From contig CAVPSJ010000007.1 of assembly GCA_963708295.1 (NCBI GenBank), positions 96,001 to 160,000 of the forward strand: a stretch of 64,000 bases of DNA, in the 5' to 3' direction. Of this stretch, positions 36,799 to 45,792 are shown in pieces (position 1 is the stretch's first letter; each line of letters opens with the position of its first letter). Source of the DNA: an uncultured delta proteobacterium. GTDB lineage: Bacteria; Desulfobacterota; BSN033; UBA1163. Made by a program: the position numbers and the translations under genes. The notes beneath the pieces are model-generated. The model was given only the letters and a program-made list of their open reading frames with translations, did no database searches and had not been told where the DNA came from.

Positions 36799-39579
36799 AT
36801 GGACCCATTGAAACACACCCGGCCACCTCTTCAAGGAAAGGCAGACGAATACCTCCAGCTGTCAGACGGTGGAGCGACTTGGTACCGCCTCGACCTTCAT
36901 CTGCACAGCCCCGGCGTCCTGACCTTTATGCCCCCGAAAGGGAGGAAGCGTGAAGACGGAATAGGTCTCTCGGACGTCTATATTGAGCAACTCTCAACTC
37001 AAGGAATTTCCCTGGCTGCCATCACGGACTACAATGGAGTAAACATCGAATGGTTTGAAGTGACGGCAGCGAAGGCGAGTAACCGTGGCATCACACTTTT
37101 GCCCGGGGTGGAGATGACCTTCAGACAATACAAATATGGCCTCCACATATTGGCGATCTTCGCCGGCGATACCGACCTGAATCGCTTGAACACTTATCTT
37201 CGGTCGCTCGATAAAGACCCCACCACCCCTTTGTTTGACAACCTTGGGTCTCATCGGGACATTGATCTGAAAACCAGCTTGACAGAAACCCTGAAAGACT
37301 TGCGGAGCCAGTTCAACTGCCTGTTGATCCTCCCCCATCCTGATCAGACAAATGGCATTTGTAAAAGTCTCACCGCCGAAGTGGCCGCCAAACTTCTGAT
37401 GGAGATAGGACCCGATGCCATCGAATATTGTCCGGAAAAAGAAAAAAGCAAACTTCAGTCGACGGGCATTCTGCCGGCAGACTTCTGGGATCAGGTCGCT
37501 TCCGTGGAATTCTCCAACCCGAAACGGATAGAAGAGATTGGGACACAACACCGAACGAATGGAACCCTTCGGGCGACCTACCTGAAACTCAGCGCAACAA
37601 ACTTGGACGCCCTGCGGCTAGCGCTTCACACTCCGCAGACCCGTTTGTCCGTCGGTGGGATTCCTCCTGCGAATCACCCAAGAATCAGAAGTGTTGCCGT
37701 CTCAGGGTCCGGTTTCCTTGGAAATCTGAATATATCTTGGAACCCGGATCTCAATGTCATTATCGGAGGCAAGGGTGTGGGTAAATCCGCCATTCTCGAA
37801 GCCCTCCGCTATGCGTTTGCCATGCCCCCCTATTCCGATCAATCTTCCCGCAAAGAACTCGTTGGGAGATCTCTCGGAAGTGACGGCAGGGTTGAGGTCA
37901 TCCTGGACAGGCCTATCCGGGAAGGAAAAATCCGTCAGTATCGCATCGTCCGAGCATGGGGCGAAGAACCTCAAACCTTTCAAGTTAACCCTGAAAAACC
38001 ACTCAAGGCAAGCCCTTCTGATCTCCTGACTCCAGATGGCGGGCTAACGGTCTTCGGACAACACGAGATGAATGCCGTTTCTGGAAGCCAAGACCAACGA
38101 CTTGCGTTCCTGGATGAATTGCTGGGTGAGCAGGCTCGCAAATGCGCGGACGCTGTTGATAAGGCCATGGAATCAGTCACCCATAACGCCGCTGCGATCC
38201 AGGATCTCCAGGCACGGCTGACGAGACGGGATGAATATTCCCGACGGCTTAAAGAAATCGACCATGAGATCGAAACCCTTAAAGACCACGGCCCAGAAAG
38301 GCCGGAGGAAGGGGCCGGTTCTCCCTCCATGGCAGGATGCTTGAAGAATGCGACCAATGCCCTCAGAAGTGCTTCATCGGATTGTGATCAATGGCGCCTG
38401 AACCTTCTTGCATTACTGGAAAAGACTCACCGAACCCTATCAGAGGTGGAGGACAAACCGTCACCCATCCTGCAAGAGGCTGCCAAAGTTCTCTCTGTTC
38501 TTGAGGAAAGTTTGAAGGTGGTCCTAGACGATCAAACAACCCTTTTTGAACAAGCGATACAAAGTTTGGCGCGTCTGGATATGCGGCTACAAGAAAAACT
38601 TCGCGCGTCGGGTGCAGGAGCCAACAAAATTGAAAAGAGCGCAAAAACAGAACCTCCAGGTCAAGACCGAATCTTAAAGTTAACGCAGGAAAGAACCTCC
38701 CTGTCATCCCTTTTCGCTGAGTTCAGCGGGATCGAAGATCGCTTGAAAGCCCTGACACAAGAACGGCGAGGGCTTCTTCAGCAGTTCAGGGACTGCAGAT
38801 CCAAGCAGAATGGATTACGGAAAGAGATAACAGATATTATTGCAGAATCCCTGAACGGTCGAGTCCGTCTCCGGGTAGAATTTAAGGGACAAAAGGATGG
38901 TTACAAAGGGGAGTTATCGCGTGTCTTAAAAGGATCAAACATCGCTCAGGGGGTAATCGATCAGCTTGTTCTCCCAGAAGCCACAGACGGTATTACCCTC
39001 GCCGAAGCCGTGCGAGCAGGAAGCAAGGAAGTCCAAACCGTTTTTGCCCTGACCTCTGAGATGGCGGACCGCTTGATCCATTGGCTGACCGCTGGGGAAT
39101 CTCGGCTCCTCCAACTGGAGGCATTCATCCCTCAGGATGCCCTTCGTCTGGAAATGAAGATTGACGGCCAATATCGGTCTCTTGAACATCTGTCCACAAG
39201 CCGGGGGGCCATAGAGATATTGCTTCTTCTGCTCGGCCTAAAGAGTCAGATTCTCGTCGTTGACCAACCGGAGGACTACCTCGACGACCGATCCATCCAT
39301 GAAGAGATTCTACAGATTCTTAGGGAGCAAAAAGGGTTGAATGGCCAAAGCCCGCAGCATCAGATCATCTTTGCAACAAATGACGCCACCATTCCCCTGA
39401 TGGGCGATGCCGAACTCGTAATTCCTTTGGAGGTCAGAAGCGATCGTGCCCATATCATCAGCCAGGCCTCCAACGACGATCGCTCCATGCAGGAGGTCAT
39501 CAGGACCCTCATGAAGGGCGGGAAAGAGGCGCTTCAAAAGCGCGTGAAGAAATACGGCGGATTAACTCCTGGCGCATAA
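36799..39579 (+). CDS. PHP-domain / coiled-coil ABC-ATPase fusion (Ppl/TrlF-like) with degenerate catalytic motifs
   Basis: DLHLHSP, ITDYN, PGVE, H.LAIF (PHP); IIGGKGVGKS, FGQ, long coiled coil, VVDQPEDYLD, IFATND, MKGGKEA. Confidence 0.85.
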   Translation: MDPLKHTRPPLQGKADEYLQLSDGGATWYRLDLHLHSPGVLTFMPPKGRKREDGIGLSDVYIEQLSTQGISLAAITDYNGVNIEWFEVTAAKASNRGITLLPGVEMTFRQYKYGLHILAIFAGDTDLNRLNTYLRSLDKDPTTPLFDNLGSHRDIDLKTSLTETLKDLRSQFNCLLILPHPDQTNGICKSLTAEVAAKLLMEIGPDAIEYCPEKEKSKLQSTGILPADFWDQVASVEFSNPKRIEEIGTQHRTNGTLRATYLKLSATNLDALRLALHTPQTRLSVGGIPPANHPRIRSVAVSGSGFLGNLNISWNPDLNVIIGGKGVGKSAILEALRYAFAMPPYSDQSSRKELVGRSLGSDGRVEVILDRPIREGKIRQYRIVRAWGEEPQTFQVNPEKPLKASPSDLLTPDGGLTVFGQHEMNAVSGSQDQRLAFLDELLGEQARKCADAVDKAMESVTHNAAAIQDLQARLTRRDEYSRRLKEIDHEIETLKDHGPERPEEGAGSPSMAGCLKNATNALRSASSDCDQWRLNLLALLEKTHRTLSEVEDKPSPILQEAAKVLSVLEESLKVVLDDQTTLFEQAIQSLARLDMRLQEKLRASGAGANKIEKSAKTEPPGQDRILKLTQERTSLSSLFAEFSGIEDRLKALTQERRGLLQQFRDCRSKQNGLRKEITDIIAESLNGRVRLRVEFKGQKDGYKGELSRVLKGSNIAQGVIDQLVLPEATDGITLAEAVRAGSKEVQTVFALTSEMADRLIHWLTAGESRLLQLEAFIPQDALRLEMKIDGQYRSLEHLSTSRGAIEILLLLLGLKSQILVVDQPEDYLDDRSIHEEILQILREQKGLNGQSPQHQIIFATNDATIPLMGDAELVIPLEVRSDRAHIISQASNDDRSMQEVIRTLMKGGKEALQKRVKKYGGLTPGA

Positions 39580-39813
39580 GATCAGATGGCCTCCGACCCA
39601 ATCTTCTTGCTGATCGAGCCGAACAAGCATTTGTGAAATTCCCTACCCTCCCCATTCTGCTGCGGTAAGAGATGGGCGCTCAGATCGATCATGATAGATC
39701 CTTTGCTCAAAGCCAGCTTGATGCCTTTCTAAACACTAATTCAGATTACTGTTCAGCCTCTGGGACCGATGTCCAATGCCGGCCCACGACGTGGGGAGTT
39801 AAGAAATGCGAAT

Positions 39814-39832
39814 GGGTGACACAAATTGACCC
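39814..39832. promoter_or_regulatory. putative enhancer-binding-protein site (UAS) upstream of the sigma54 promoter
   Basis: Imperfect palindrome GGGTGACACAAATTGACCC about 80-90 bp upstream of the -24 box. An IHF-like TTTCAAGTAGTTA (39878-39890) lies between them. Confidence 0.4.
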
Positions 39833-39907
39833 TTTAATCTTTCTCCGGGCACTTCGATGTTGAGAATAATTAAATTATTTCAAGTAGTTATATCGATTTT
39901 TTTGATT

Positions 39908-39923
39908 TGGCATCAAAGATGCA
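39908..39923 (+). promoter_or_regulatory. sigma54 promoter of the small-peptide pair
   Basis: TGGCATCAAAGATGCA = TGGCA..GG-N10-GC. Confidence 0.75.
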
Positions 39924-39964
39924 ATTTCTTCTTATCAAAGAGAATAGGTTAAAGGAGGTTATTT

Positions 39965-40132
39965 ATGGTCCAATATTTAGAGCTTGTTTTGAAGCGCGAT
40001 TTTGCTTCTCGGTTCAGACACGCGGCGGAAAAAGTGAGGCTGCTTCTCGAAAAAACACCCGATGAGGCTCCCAAAAAGAAGACTGAAGAACCGGATTGGA
40101 AAGAGAAGTTTGGAAAGAACTGGTACTATTGA
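39965..40132 (+). CDS. 55-aa small protein, absent from the ORF track; paralogue of 40234..40431
   Basis: RBS AAAGGAGG; MVQYLELVLKRDFASRFRHAAEKVRLLLEKTPDEAPKKKTEEPDWKEKFGKNWYY*. Confidence 0.75.
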   Translation: MVQYLELVLKRDFASRFRHAAEKVRLLLEKTPDEAPKKKTEEPDWKEKFGKNWYY

Positions 40133-40233
40133 ATTCATAGACGTAATCCAATTAACGACGCTTCTTCAATTTGGCGTTAAAGGTGGATTCAGTGCCACCC
40201 GAATGCAGACAGGTTCGATGAAAGGAGGATATT

Positions 40234-40431
40234 ATGGCACAGTATTTAGAGAATGTTTTGAAGTACGATCGTGTCTCCGGACGGAAATCTGGGTTGGAAA
40301 GATTGAGGATGTTCTTTAACGCTGCACCTGGCGTGCGTTCAAAAGAGAAGGCCGACGGGGTGGATTGTGATGAGAAGACGAAGTCGTGGGAAGAAGATAT
40401 GAAAGAGAAGCTTGGGGGATGGTGGTGGTAG
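40234..40431 (+). CDS. 65-aa small protein, paralogue of 39965..40132
   Basis: RBS AAAGGAGG; MAQYLENVLKYD...KEKLGGWWW*. Confidence 0.75.
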   Translation: MAQYLENVLKYDRVSGRKSGLERLRMFFNAAPGVRSKEKADGVDCDEKTKSWEEDMKEKLGGWWW

Positions 40432-40531
40432 TAAAGTCTTGACTCCTACACCTTGTTGCGTTTGAAATGTTCTGCAAGGTCCGATGTCCAGCCGTCCGGC
40501 TAGATTGTCATGTGGCCCACCAAAAGGTCTC

Positions 40532-40571
40532 TACGATTCAGGCACCTTTAGTGTCTGAATCGTAAGTTTTT
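40532..40571 (+). terminator. intrinsic terminator after the peptide pair
   Basis: TACGATTCAGGCAC-CTTTA-GTGTCTGAATCGTA, then AGTTTTT. Confidence 0.7.
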
Positions 40572-40614
40572 CCTGAAAAAATATTGACACCCTGCTTCCA
40601 TCTATATAATCCTC

Positions 40615-40887
40615 TCATCCTCCAGTGAGCATGACCACGAGGTGAATGTCGTCGCCATCTTTAACTGGTTTCAACAGTTCGTCCGGGTAGGCGCTGGCAT
40701 GATTCAGGTAGACTTCAACGTTGTTGAGCAGTTTATCTTTCTTGGCAAACAGCGCTTTCTCCATTCCGGGGAACTGTTTGATGAGATGGCTCAGGCATGC
40801 ACCCACGGTATTCCCCTCTACGGCCACCGACTCCAAGCCGTTGGTGAATTGTCGATGGGTGGTATGAATGTGCACGTTGACGGCCAT
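40615..40887 (-). CDS. moaD: MoaD/ThiS/SAMP-family ubiquitin-like sulfur carrier
   Basis: VEGNTVG..L, VYLN, VKDGD.I, C-terminal GG; next to moeB. Confidence 0.8.
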   Translation of the reverse strand: MAVNVHIHTTHRQFTNGLESVAVEGNTVGACLSHLIKQFPGMEKALFAKKDKLLNNVEVYLNHASAYPDELLKPVKDGDDIHLVVMLTGG

Positions 40888-40890
40888 GTC

Positions 40891-41634
40891 TTACTCCTTT
40901 TTCGCTGAAGACCCGCAATGATCACAATTCGGGTTTTTGTCGAGTCTGAATTCGCTGAACGTCACCTTCAACCCATCGTATATCAATAACCGATTGGTCA
41001 GCAGTTTACCAATCCCCACGAAATACTTGATCACCTCCGTCGCCTGAATACTCCCGATGACAGCCGGAGCAACGCCAATCACCGGAAACTTTTCTTGCGG
41101 CACAAGACCTCGATACATACACCTGAGGCAGGCTGTCTTTCCCGGAAGGACGGTCATGACCCTCCCCTCAAACCCATTGACTGCGCCGTGAAAAAATGGA
41201 ATATTCTTCTCAATAGCACAGCGATTCAAGACGTAGCGAGTCGGCAGGTTGTCCATGGCATCCACGATGGCATCGCAGTCACCCACAAGTTCTGAGACAT
41301 TTCCTTCCGTAATGGTCTCTGCGATTGCCTGGATCTCCACCATCGAATTCAGGTTCCTCAATTTCGCTCTGGCAGAGTCCACCTTTTTTCTGCCGACGTC
41401 TTCTTCCCCGTGCAAAACCTGCCTGTTCAAATTGCTGAGTGCCACGCGGTCATGGTCGACGACCCGAATCATTCCTATTCCGGCAGCGGTCAGGTAGAGG
41501 GCAATGGGAGACCCGAGCCCTCCAGCACCCGCAATGACCACCCGTGATCTTTTGAGTTTCCCTTGCCCTTCTTGTCCAAACTCTCGGATCAAGATTTGCC
41601 GATCATACCTCTCTCGCTCGCTCGGCGTCAGCAT
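40891..41634 (-). CDS. moeB: MoeB/ThiF-family adenylyltransferase
   Basis: ERYDRQ, GAGGLG, D.V.LSNLNRQ, DAMDN, CLRC, CDHC. Confidence 0.88.
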   Translation of the reverse strand: MLTPSERERYDRQILIREFGQEGQGKLKRSRVVIAGAGGLGSPIALYLTAAGIGMIRVVDHDRVALSNLNRQVLHGEEDVGRKKVDSARAKLRNLNSMVEIQAIAETITEGNVSELVGDCDAIVDAMDNLPTRYVLNRCAIEKNIPFFHGAVNGFEGRVMTVLPGKTACLRCMYRGLVPQEKFPVIGVAPAVIGSIQATEVIKYFVGIGKLLTNRLLIYDGLKVTFSEFRLDKNPNCDHCGSSAKKE

Positions 41635-41813
41635 TGCATTCCTCCATCTTTAAACTTCCGCTCGCTCATGGCTATCCTTCGGCATCCTCCAAGTTCGGGA
41701 TCACGCCCTGCTGCCGGGGAGGTTAATTCCCGAACAAAACCAAATGATAAAATCAAAGGTTCATCGGGGAAACCATGGCGTTGAGGTAGTTTGATATGAG
41801 GTCCTCAATATTG

Positions 41814-41844
41814 TTTTGGATTTCGAATTCCGTATTTAGAATTT
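41814..41844. repeat. 7-bp-periodic intergenic tract
   Basis: ttttgga tttcgaa ttccgta tttagaa ttt. Confidence 0.5.
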
Positions 41845-41883
41845 ATGCCAACGCCGGTTTTAAATCAACAGGCGGATAAGCGC

Positions 41884-43032
41884 TCACTTTAATTTCAGCA
41901 GGGTGTGGGCCACTACCATCCTCTGGACTTGATTCGTTCCTTCGAAAATCTGGATGACCTTTGCATCTCTCATCATCCTCTCAACAGGATGGTTTTTGGT
42001 GAGACCTTGCCATTGCAAGATCTGAACGGCCTGGGTCGTCACTTTCATGGCCACATCGGAGGCAAAGTACTTAGACATGGCGGAGAACATCTGCACCGGG
42101 ATACCCTTCGTCTTTTCATCCATCATATTCGCAGATTTATACACCAGCGCTCGAGCCGCCTCAATCTCCATAGCCATATCCGCGAGCATCAATTGGATCC
42201 CCAGATGATCTTGCTTGCCGTGAATCCAGCCTTTTCCCTGAACATATCGGACGACATAGTCTAAAGCGCCTTGAGCTAAACCCACGGCCTGCGCGCCAAT
42301 GGCGGGTCTTGATCGATTGAGCGTCCTCATCATCTGCCACCAACCCACCCCCTCATCTCCGATCCTTTGGACAGCAGGAACCTTCACATCTTCCAGAATG
42401 ACTTCTGTAGTATTGGAGCCTCGAATGCCCATCTTCTCTTCAGTTTTCCCAATCGTGAGGCCAGGGGTTCCCTTTTCCACCACAAAACCTGTTATCCCTT
42501 CAATTCTCTTACCTGGCTGGGTAGTGGCAAAGACCGTATAGAAATCGGCTACTCCACCGTTCGTAATGAAGCATTTCCGCCCGTTGATGACGTAATGGTC
42601 TCCATTCAACACGGCTTTGGTCCGAACGGAAGCCGCGTCTGAACCTGACTCCGGTTCAGTCAAACAAAAACAAATCAGGCCTTTCTCCCGGGCTAATCTC
42701 GGCAGAACCCTTTGCTTCAGTTCATTCGTCCCCCCTAAGACAACAGGCATCGTTCCGACCGCTTGAACGATGACCAGGAGGGCAGAAGAGGCGCAGATAC
42801 CTGCAATCTCTTCGGCGACCAGGCAAAACGAAGTAATGTCTGTGTCCATCCCTCCGTACTCTTTTGGGATGAGGAGACTCAAAAACCCGCACTTAGCGTA
42901 CACCTCGGCAAGGTCCGATGCAAATTCACCCTTGGAATCGATCTCGGCCGCCCGTGGTGCGACAACCGTCTTCGCAATTTCTCTCGCTTTCTCTCTCCAC
43001 CCCTCTCTCACCTTCTCGGTTTCGTCTATCAT
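41884..43032 (-). CDS. acyl-CoA dehydrogenase (two FAD-binding motifs altered)
   Basis: FCLTEPESGSDA, INGRKCFITNG, EKMGIRGS, ERMMRDAKVIQIFEGTNQ. Start placed at the ATG after AAGGAG. Confidence 0.9.
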   Translation of the reverse strand: MIDETEKVREGWREKAREIAKTVVAPRAAEIDSKGEFASDLAEVYAKCGFLSLLIPKEYGGMDTDITSFCLVAEEIAGICASSALLVIVQAVGTMPVVLGGTNELKQRVLPRLAREKGLICFCLTEPESGSDAASVRTKAVLNGDHYVINGRKCFITNGGVADFYTVFATTQPGKRIEGITGFVVEKGTPGLTIGKTEEKMGIRGSNTTEVILEDVKVPAVQRIGDEGVGWWQMMRTLNRSRPAIGAQAVGLAQGALDYVVRYVQGKGWIHGKQDHLGIQLMLADMAMEIEAARALVYKSANMMDEKTKGIPVQMFSAMSKYFASDVAMKVTTQAVQILQWQGLTKNHPVERMMRDAKVIQIFEGTNQVQRMVVAHTLLKLK

Positions 43033-43048
43033 TTCAAACTCCTTTGAA

Positions 43049-43156
43049 GCCCAAATGTCAAAACCCAACAGCCCTCCTTAACAAAAAAGACTTATGCGTC
43101 AAAAAGCATTTTAGTCCGATGAATTATATTTGACCTTCGGGCTTTGGCATTTAACA
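43049..43156. repeat. inverted pair of 7-bp-periodic tracts
   Basis: gcccaaa tgtcaaa acccaac ... tttgacc ttcgggc tttggca tttaaca. Confidence 0.55.
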
Positions 43157-43170
43157 TTGATTTTAATGTC

Positions 43171-43911
43171 TTACGTATTCCACCCGCCAGACACCTCGAC
43201 CATGGCTCCGGTTACAAAACTTGCTTCATCCGACACGAGAAAGCTCGCCACATTGGCCACTTCTTCGGGTCGACCGATGCGTCTCAACGGTGTATCCTCG
43301 ATAATCATCTTTTGATATTTTTCAGCCATCTTCGAAATAGTGGGGGTCAGGATCAGGCCCGGTAAAATCACATTAACATTGATCTGATACCGACCCAGCT
43401 CTCTGGCCACACTTTTCGTCAGGCCGATGATCCCTGCCTTGGCAGTACTATAACTGACCTCTGATACCGCTCCAGTTTTTCCCCACACCGAGGACATATT
43501 GACGATCTTTCCGTAACCGTTCTCGATCATATGGGGAGCAACCGCCTGGATGCAGTTCAAGGTCCCCTTCAAGTGAACTCCCAGCACTGCCTCCCAATCT
43601 TCCTCTTTCATTTTCAAGAGATGAGCGGGTCGGTCAAAGCCGGCATTGTTTACCAGAATATCAACTCTTTTCCAAACCCTTATTACCTGATCCACCATGA
43701 CCTGGACTTGTTTTTGATTCGCTACGTCCACAGAAATGGAAAGAGCCTTTCTTCCCAGAATCTCGATTTCTTTGGCCGTTTGAGCTCCAGTGCTAGGGTT
43801 CATCTCCGCAATGGCCACATCTGCGCCTTCTTGAGCCATCTTCAACGCAATGCTTCGACCAATCCCCTGTCCTGCCCCGGTAACAATCGCCTTCTTGTCT
43901 TTCAGTTTCAT
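43171..43911 (-). CDS. short-chain dehydrogenase/reductase (FabG-like)
   Basis: TGAGQGIG, VNNAG, SS, YSTAK. Confidence 0.92.
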   Translation of the reverse strand: MKLKDKKAIVTGAGQGIGRSIALKMAQEGADVAIAEMNPSTGAQTAKEIEILGRKALSISVDVANQKQVQVMVDQVIRVWKRVDILVNNAGFDRPAHLLKMKEEDWEAVLGVHLKGTLNCIQAVAPHMIENGYGKIVNMSSVWGKTGAVSEVSYSTAKAGIIGLTKSVARELGRYQINVNVILPGLILTPTISKMAEKYQKMIIEDTPLRRIGRPEEVANVASFLVSDEASFVTGAMVEVSGGWNT

Positions 43912-44048
43912 TTTCTCAGCATGGGCGGCGAAAATATTTCCAAGAGGTCCGAAATTGCAGAAATTCTAACAGATGGACCCATGGCCGTCAATGAATTTGT
44001 TCGTTTCTGTCACCCACCCCTCATCGACGGGAAAAAGAAAGAATTTCC

Positions 44049-44076
44049 TTGACAAAAGGATATTTCACAGTATGAT
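44049..44076 (+). promoter_or_regulatory. sigma70-type promoter of the IclR/catabolic operon
   Basis: TTGACA-16 bp-TATGAT. Confidence 0.7.
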
Positions 44077-44100
44077 AGATCATTCCATTGAATAAAATCT

Positions 44101-44907
44101 ATGGACAGATCCAAGAAGGAACCTTTCTATAATCGGTCATTAGAAAGAGCTTTGCAGATCCTGTGCATTTTTAAATTTGACAAGCAGGCGCTCACATTAA
44201 GTCAAATATCAGAATTGTCTCGACTTCATAAGGCCACTGTTTTGAGGCTATGTTCCACACTGATGAAGTATGACTTCCTCAGATACCATCCGGATTCAAG
44301 ACATTATTCTCTCGGTCTAAAACTATTTGAATTAGGGAGCATTCTATTTTCCTCTTTCTCCTTGAGGAGGATCGCCTCTTCCTACTTAGACCAATTGCAG
44401 TCCAAACTTGGTCAAACAGTATTCTTAGGGATCTTAGAGAATGATGAGTTAATCTACATCGATAAGAAAGAAGACCCAAGAATCCCTATCCGGTTCACCT
44501 CTCAAATAGGAACACGGCGCCCGCCTTACTTTGGAATGCTGGGACAAATCCTTATGGCCTTTCTGCCCGATCAAGAAGTCGATCGATTATTAAAAAAGGC
44601 ACCTCTGGCCCCGTTTACAAAAAAATCGCTTGTGCGCGAAAATGAATTTAAGGAGAGACTTCTCAGAATACGCAAACAAGGATTTTTCGTTGATGAAGAG
44701 GAGGCGCTGGATGGAATCAGCGGAATATCTGCGCCGATCCGGGACTACACCGGGGAGGTCATCGCCGGAGTGGGTCTCGGCTTCATCTCATCGTCCGAGG
44801 ACGCTAGGGGGAAAAAAATAATTATCAAAGAAGTATGCGAAGCAGCGAAGGGGATATCAAAACAGATGGGTTACCTTGAGAGGAAAAGATTCGCGGATAA
44901 TTCTTAA
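44101..44907 (+). CDS. IclR-family transcriptional regulator
   Basis: SLERALQIL, LHKATVLR, GQTVFLG, DEEEALDGISGISAPI. Confidence 0.93.
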   Translation: MDRSKKEPFYNRSLERALQILCIFKFDKQALTLSQISELSRLHKATVLRLCSTLMKYDFLRYHPDSRHYSLGLKLFELGSILFSSFSLRRIASSYLDQLQSKLGQTVFLGILENDELIYIDKKEDPRIPIRFTSQIGTRRPPYFGMLGQILMAFLPDQEVDRLLKKAPLAPFTKKSLVRENEFKERLLRIRKQGFFVDEEEALDGISGISAPIRDYTGEVIAGVGLGFISSSEDARGKKIIIKEVCEAAKGISKQMGYLERKRFADNS

Positions 44908-44991
44908 AGACCGACGAAACGGGTTGAGCATCCCATCCCTCTCTATCTCCAAGGATCACAGGTCGAAGGCGTTTGTCACGCAGGGGGCCGC

Positions 44992-45771
44992 ATGAGTTCA
45001 GAAGAAGTCATCCTGAGAAAAGAAGGAAGGGTGGTTTATCTTTTCATCAACCGGGAGAAGGCGCTCAATGCGTTGAACCTCAGGGTGATGACGAGGCTCG
45101 ACCAGATATTTTCTGAACTGGAGTCCGATGAGCAGACTCTCGTCATCATTATCACCGGAGTGGGCTTAAAAGCCTTTGTGGCTGGGGCGGATATCCATGA
45201 GGTAAAAGAAGCGGGCGACAAGAGAACGGAACTCATCCGAAAAGGCCAGGAGATCTTTTTCAAGATTCGAAATTCGAGCAAGGTGGTCATTGCCGCAGTC
45301 AATGGATATGCTCTGGGAGGCGGATGTGAATTGGCAATGGCGTGCGATATTCGAATCGCCTCGGAAAATGCGAAATTGGGTTTTCCTGAAACAACACTGG
45401 GACTCATCCCAGGGTACGGAGGAACCCAGCTCCTTCCGAGGCTCATTGGGATGGGATGGGCAAAATACATGATCTTTACCGGAGAAACCCTCACTGCGAT
45501 GGAAGCTTACCGACTCGGGCTCGTCGAGAAGGTCTGCAGCTTTGAAAGCTTAATGGACGAAGTCAATCGGTTAGCGAAGAAAATTGCCTCCAATGGCCCT
45601 TTGGCCGTGAAAGCCTGCAAAAGGGCCATTCACAAGGGGATGGAACTCCCCCTCAAGCAGGGTCTTGGAATAGAGATAGAAGAATATGATCGGGTTTCCC
45701 GCTCCAAGGATGCCGAAGAGGGGTTGACTTCTTTCATGGAGAGAAAACCACCCGTCTTCACGGGAAGATGA
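44992..45771 (+). CDS. enoyl-CoA hydratase (crotonase family)
   Basis: AFVAGADI, NGYALGGGCE, GFPE..LGLIPGYGGTQ. Confidence 0.93.
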   Translation: MSSEEVILRKEGRVVYLFINREKALNALNLRVMTRLDQIFSELESDEQTLVIIITGVGLKAFVAGADIHEVKEAGDKRTELIRKGQEIFFKIRNSSKVVIAAVNGYALGGGCELAMACDIRIASENAKLGFPETTLGLIPGYGGTQLLPRLIGMGWAKYMIFTGETLTAMEAYRLGLVEKVCSFESLMDEVNRLAKKIASNGPLAVKACKRAIHKGMELPLKQGLGIEIEEYDRVSRSKDAEEGLTSFMERKPPVFTGR

Positions 45772-45792
45772 CGCAAGCAAGGAGGACATTGC

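Noticed and set aside
36505-36818. Short overlapping ORFs between the REC-REC gene and the PHP-ATPase
   Set aside because: Several frames are open on both strands with no RBS or domain support.
40615-41634. ThiF enzyme as maturase of the WYY/WWW peptides
   Set aside because: It is on the opposite strand, is separated by a terminator, and has its own GG-ending MoaD partner; pterin or sulfur-carrier activation is the simpler explanation.
41635-41800. Moco/tungsten-cofactor riboswitch upstream of moeB
   Set aside because: A hairpin (GTTCGGGA...TCCCGAAC) exists, but I could not match the Moco RNA consensus. An Rfam scan would decide.
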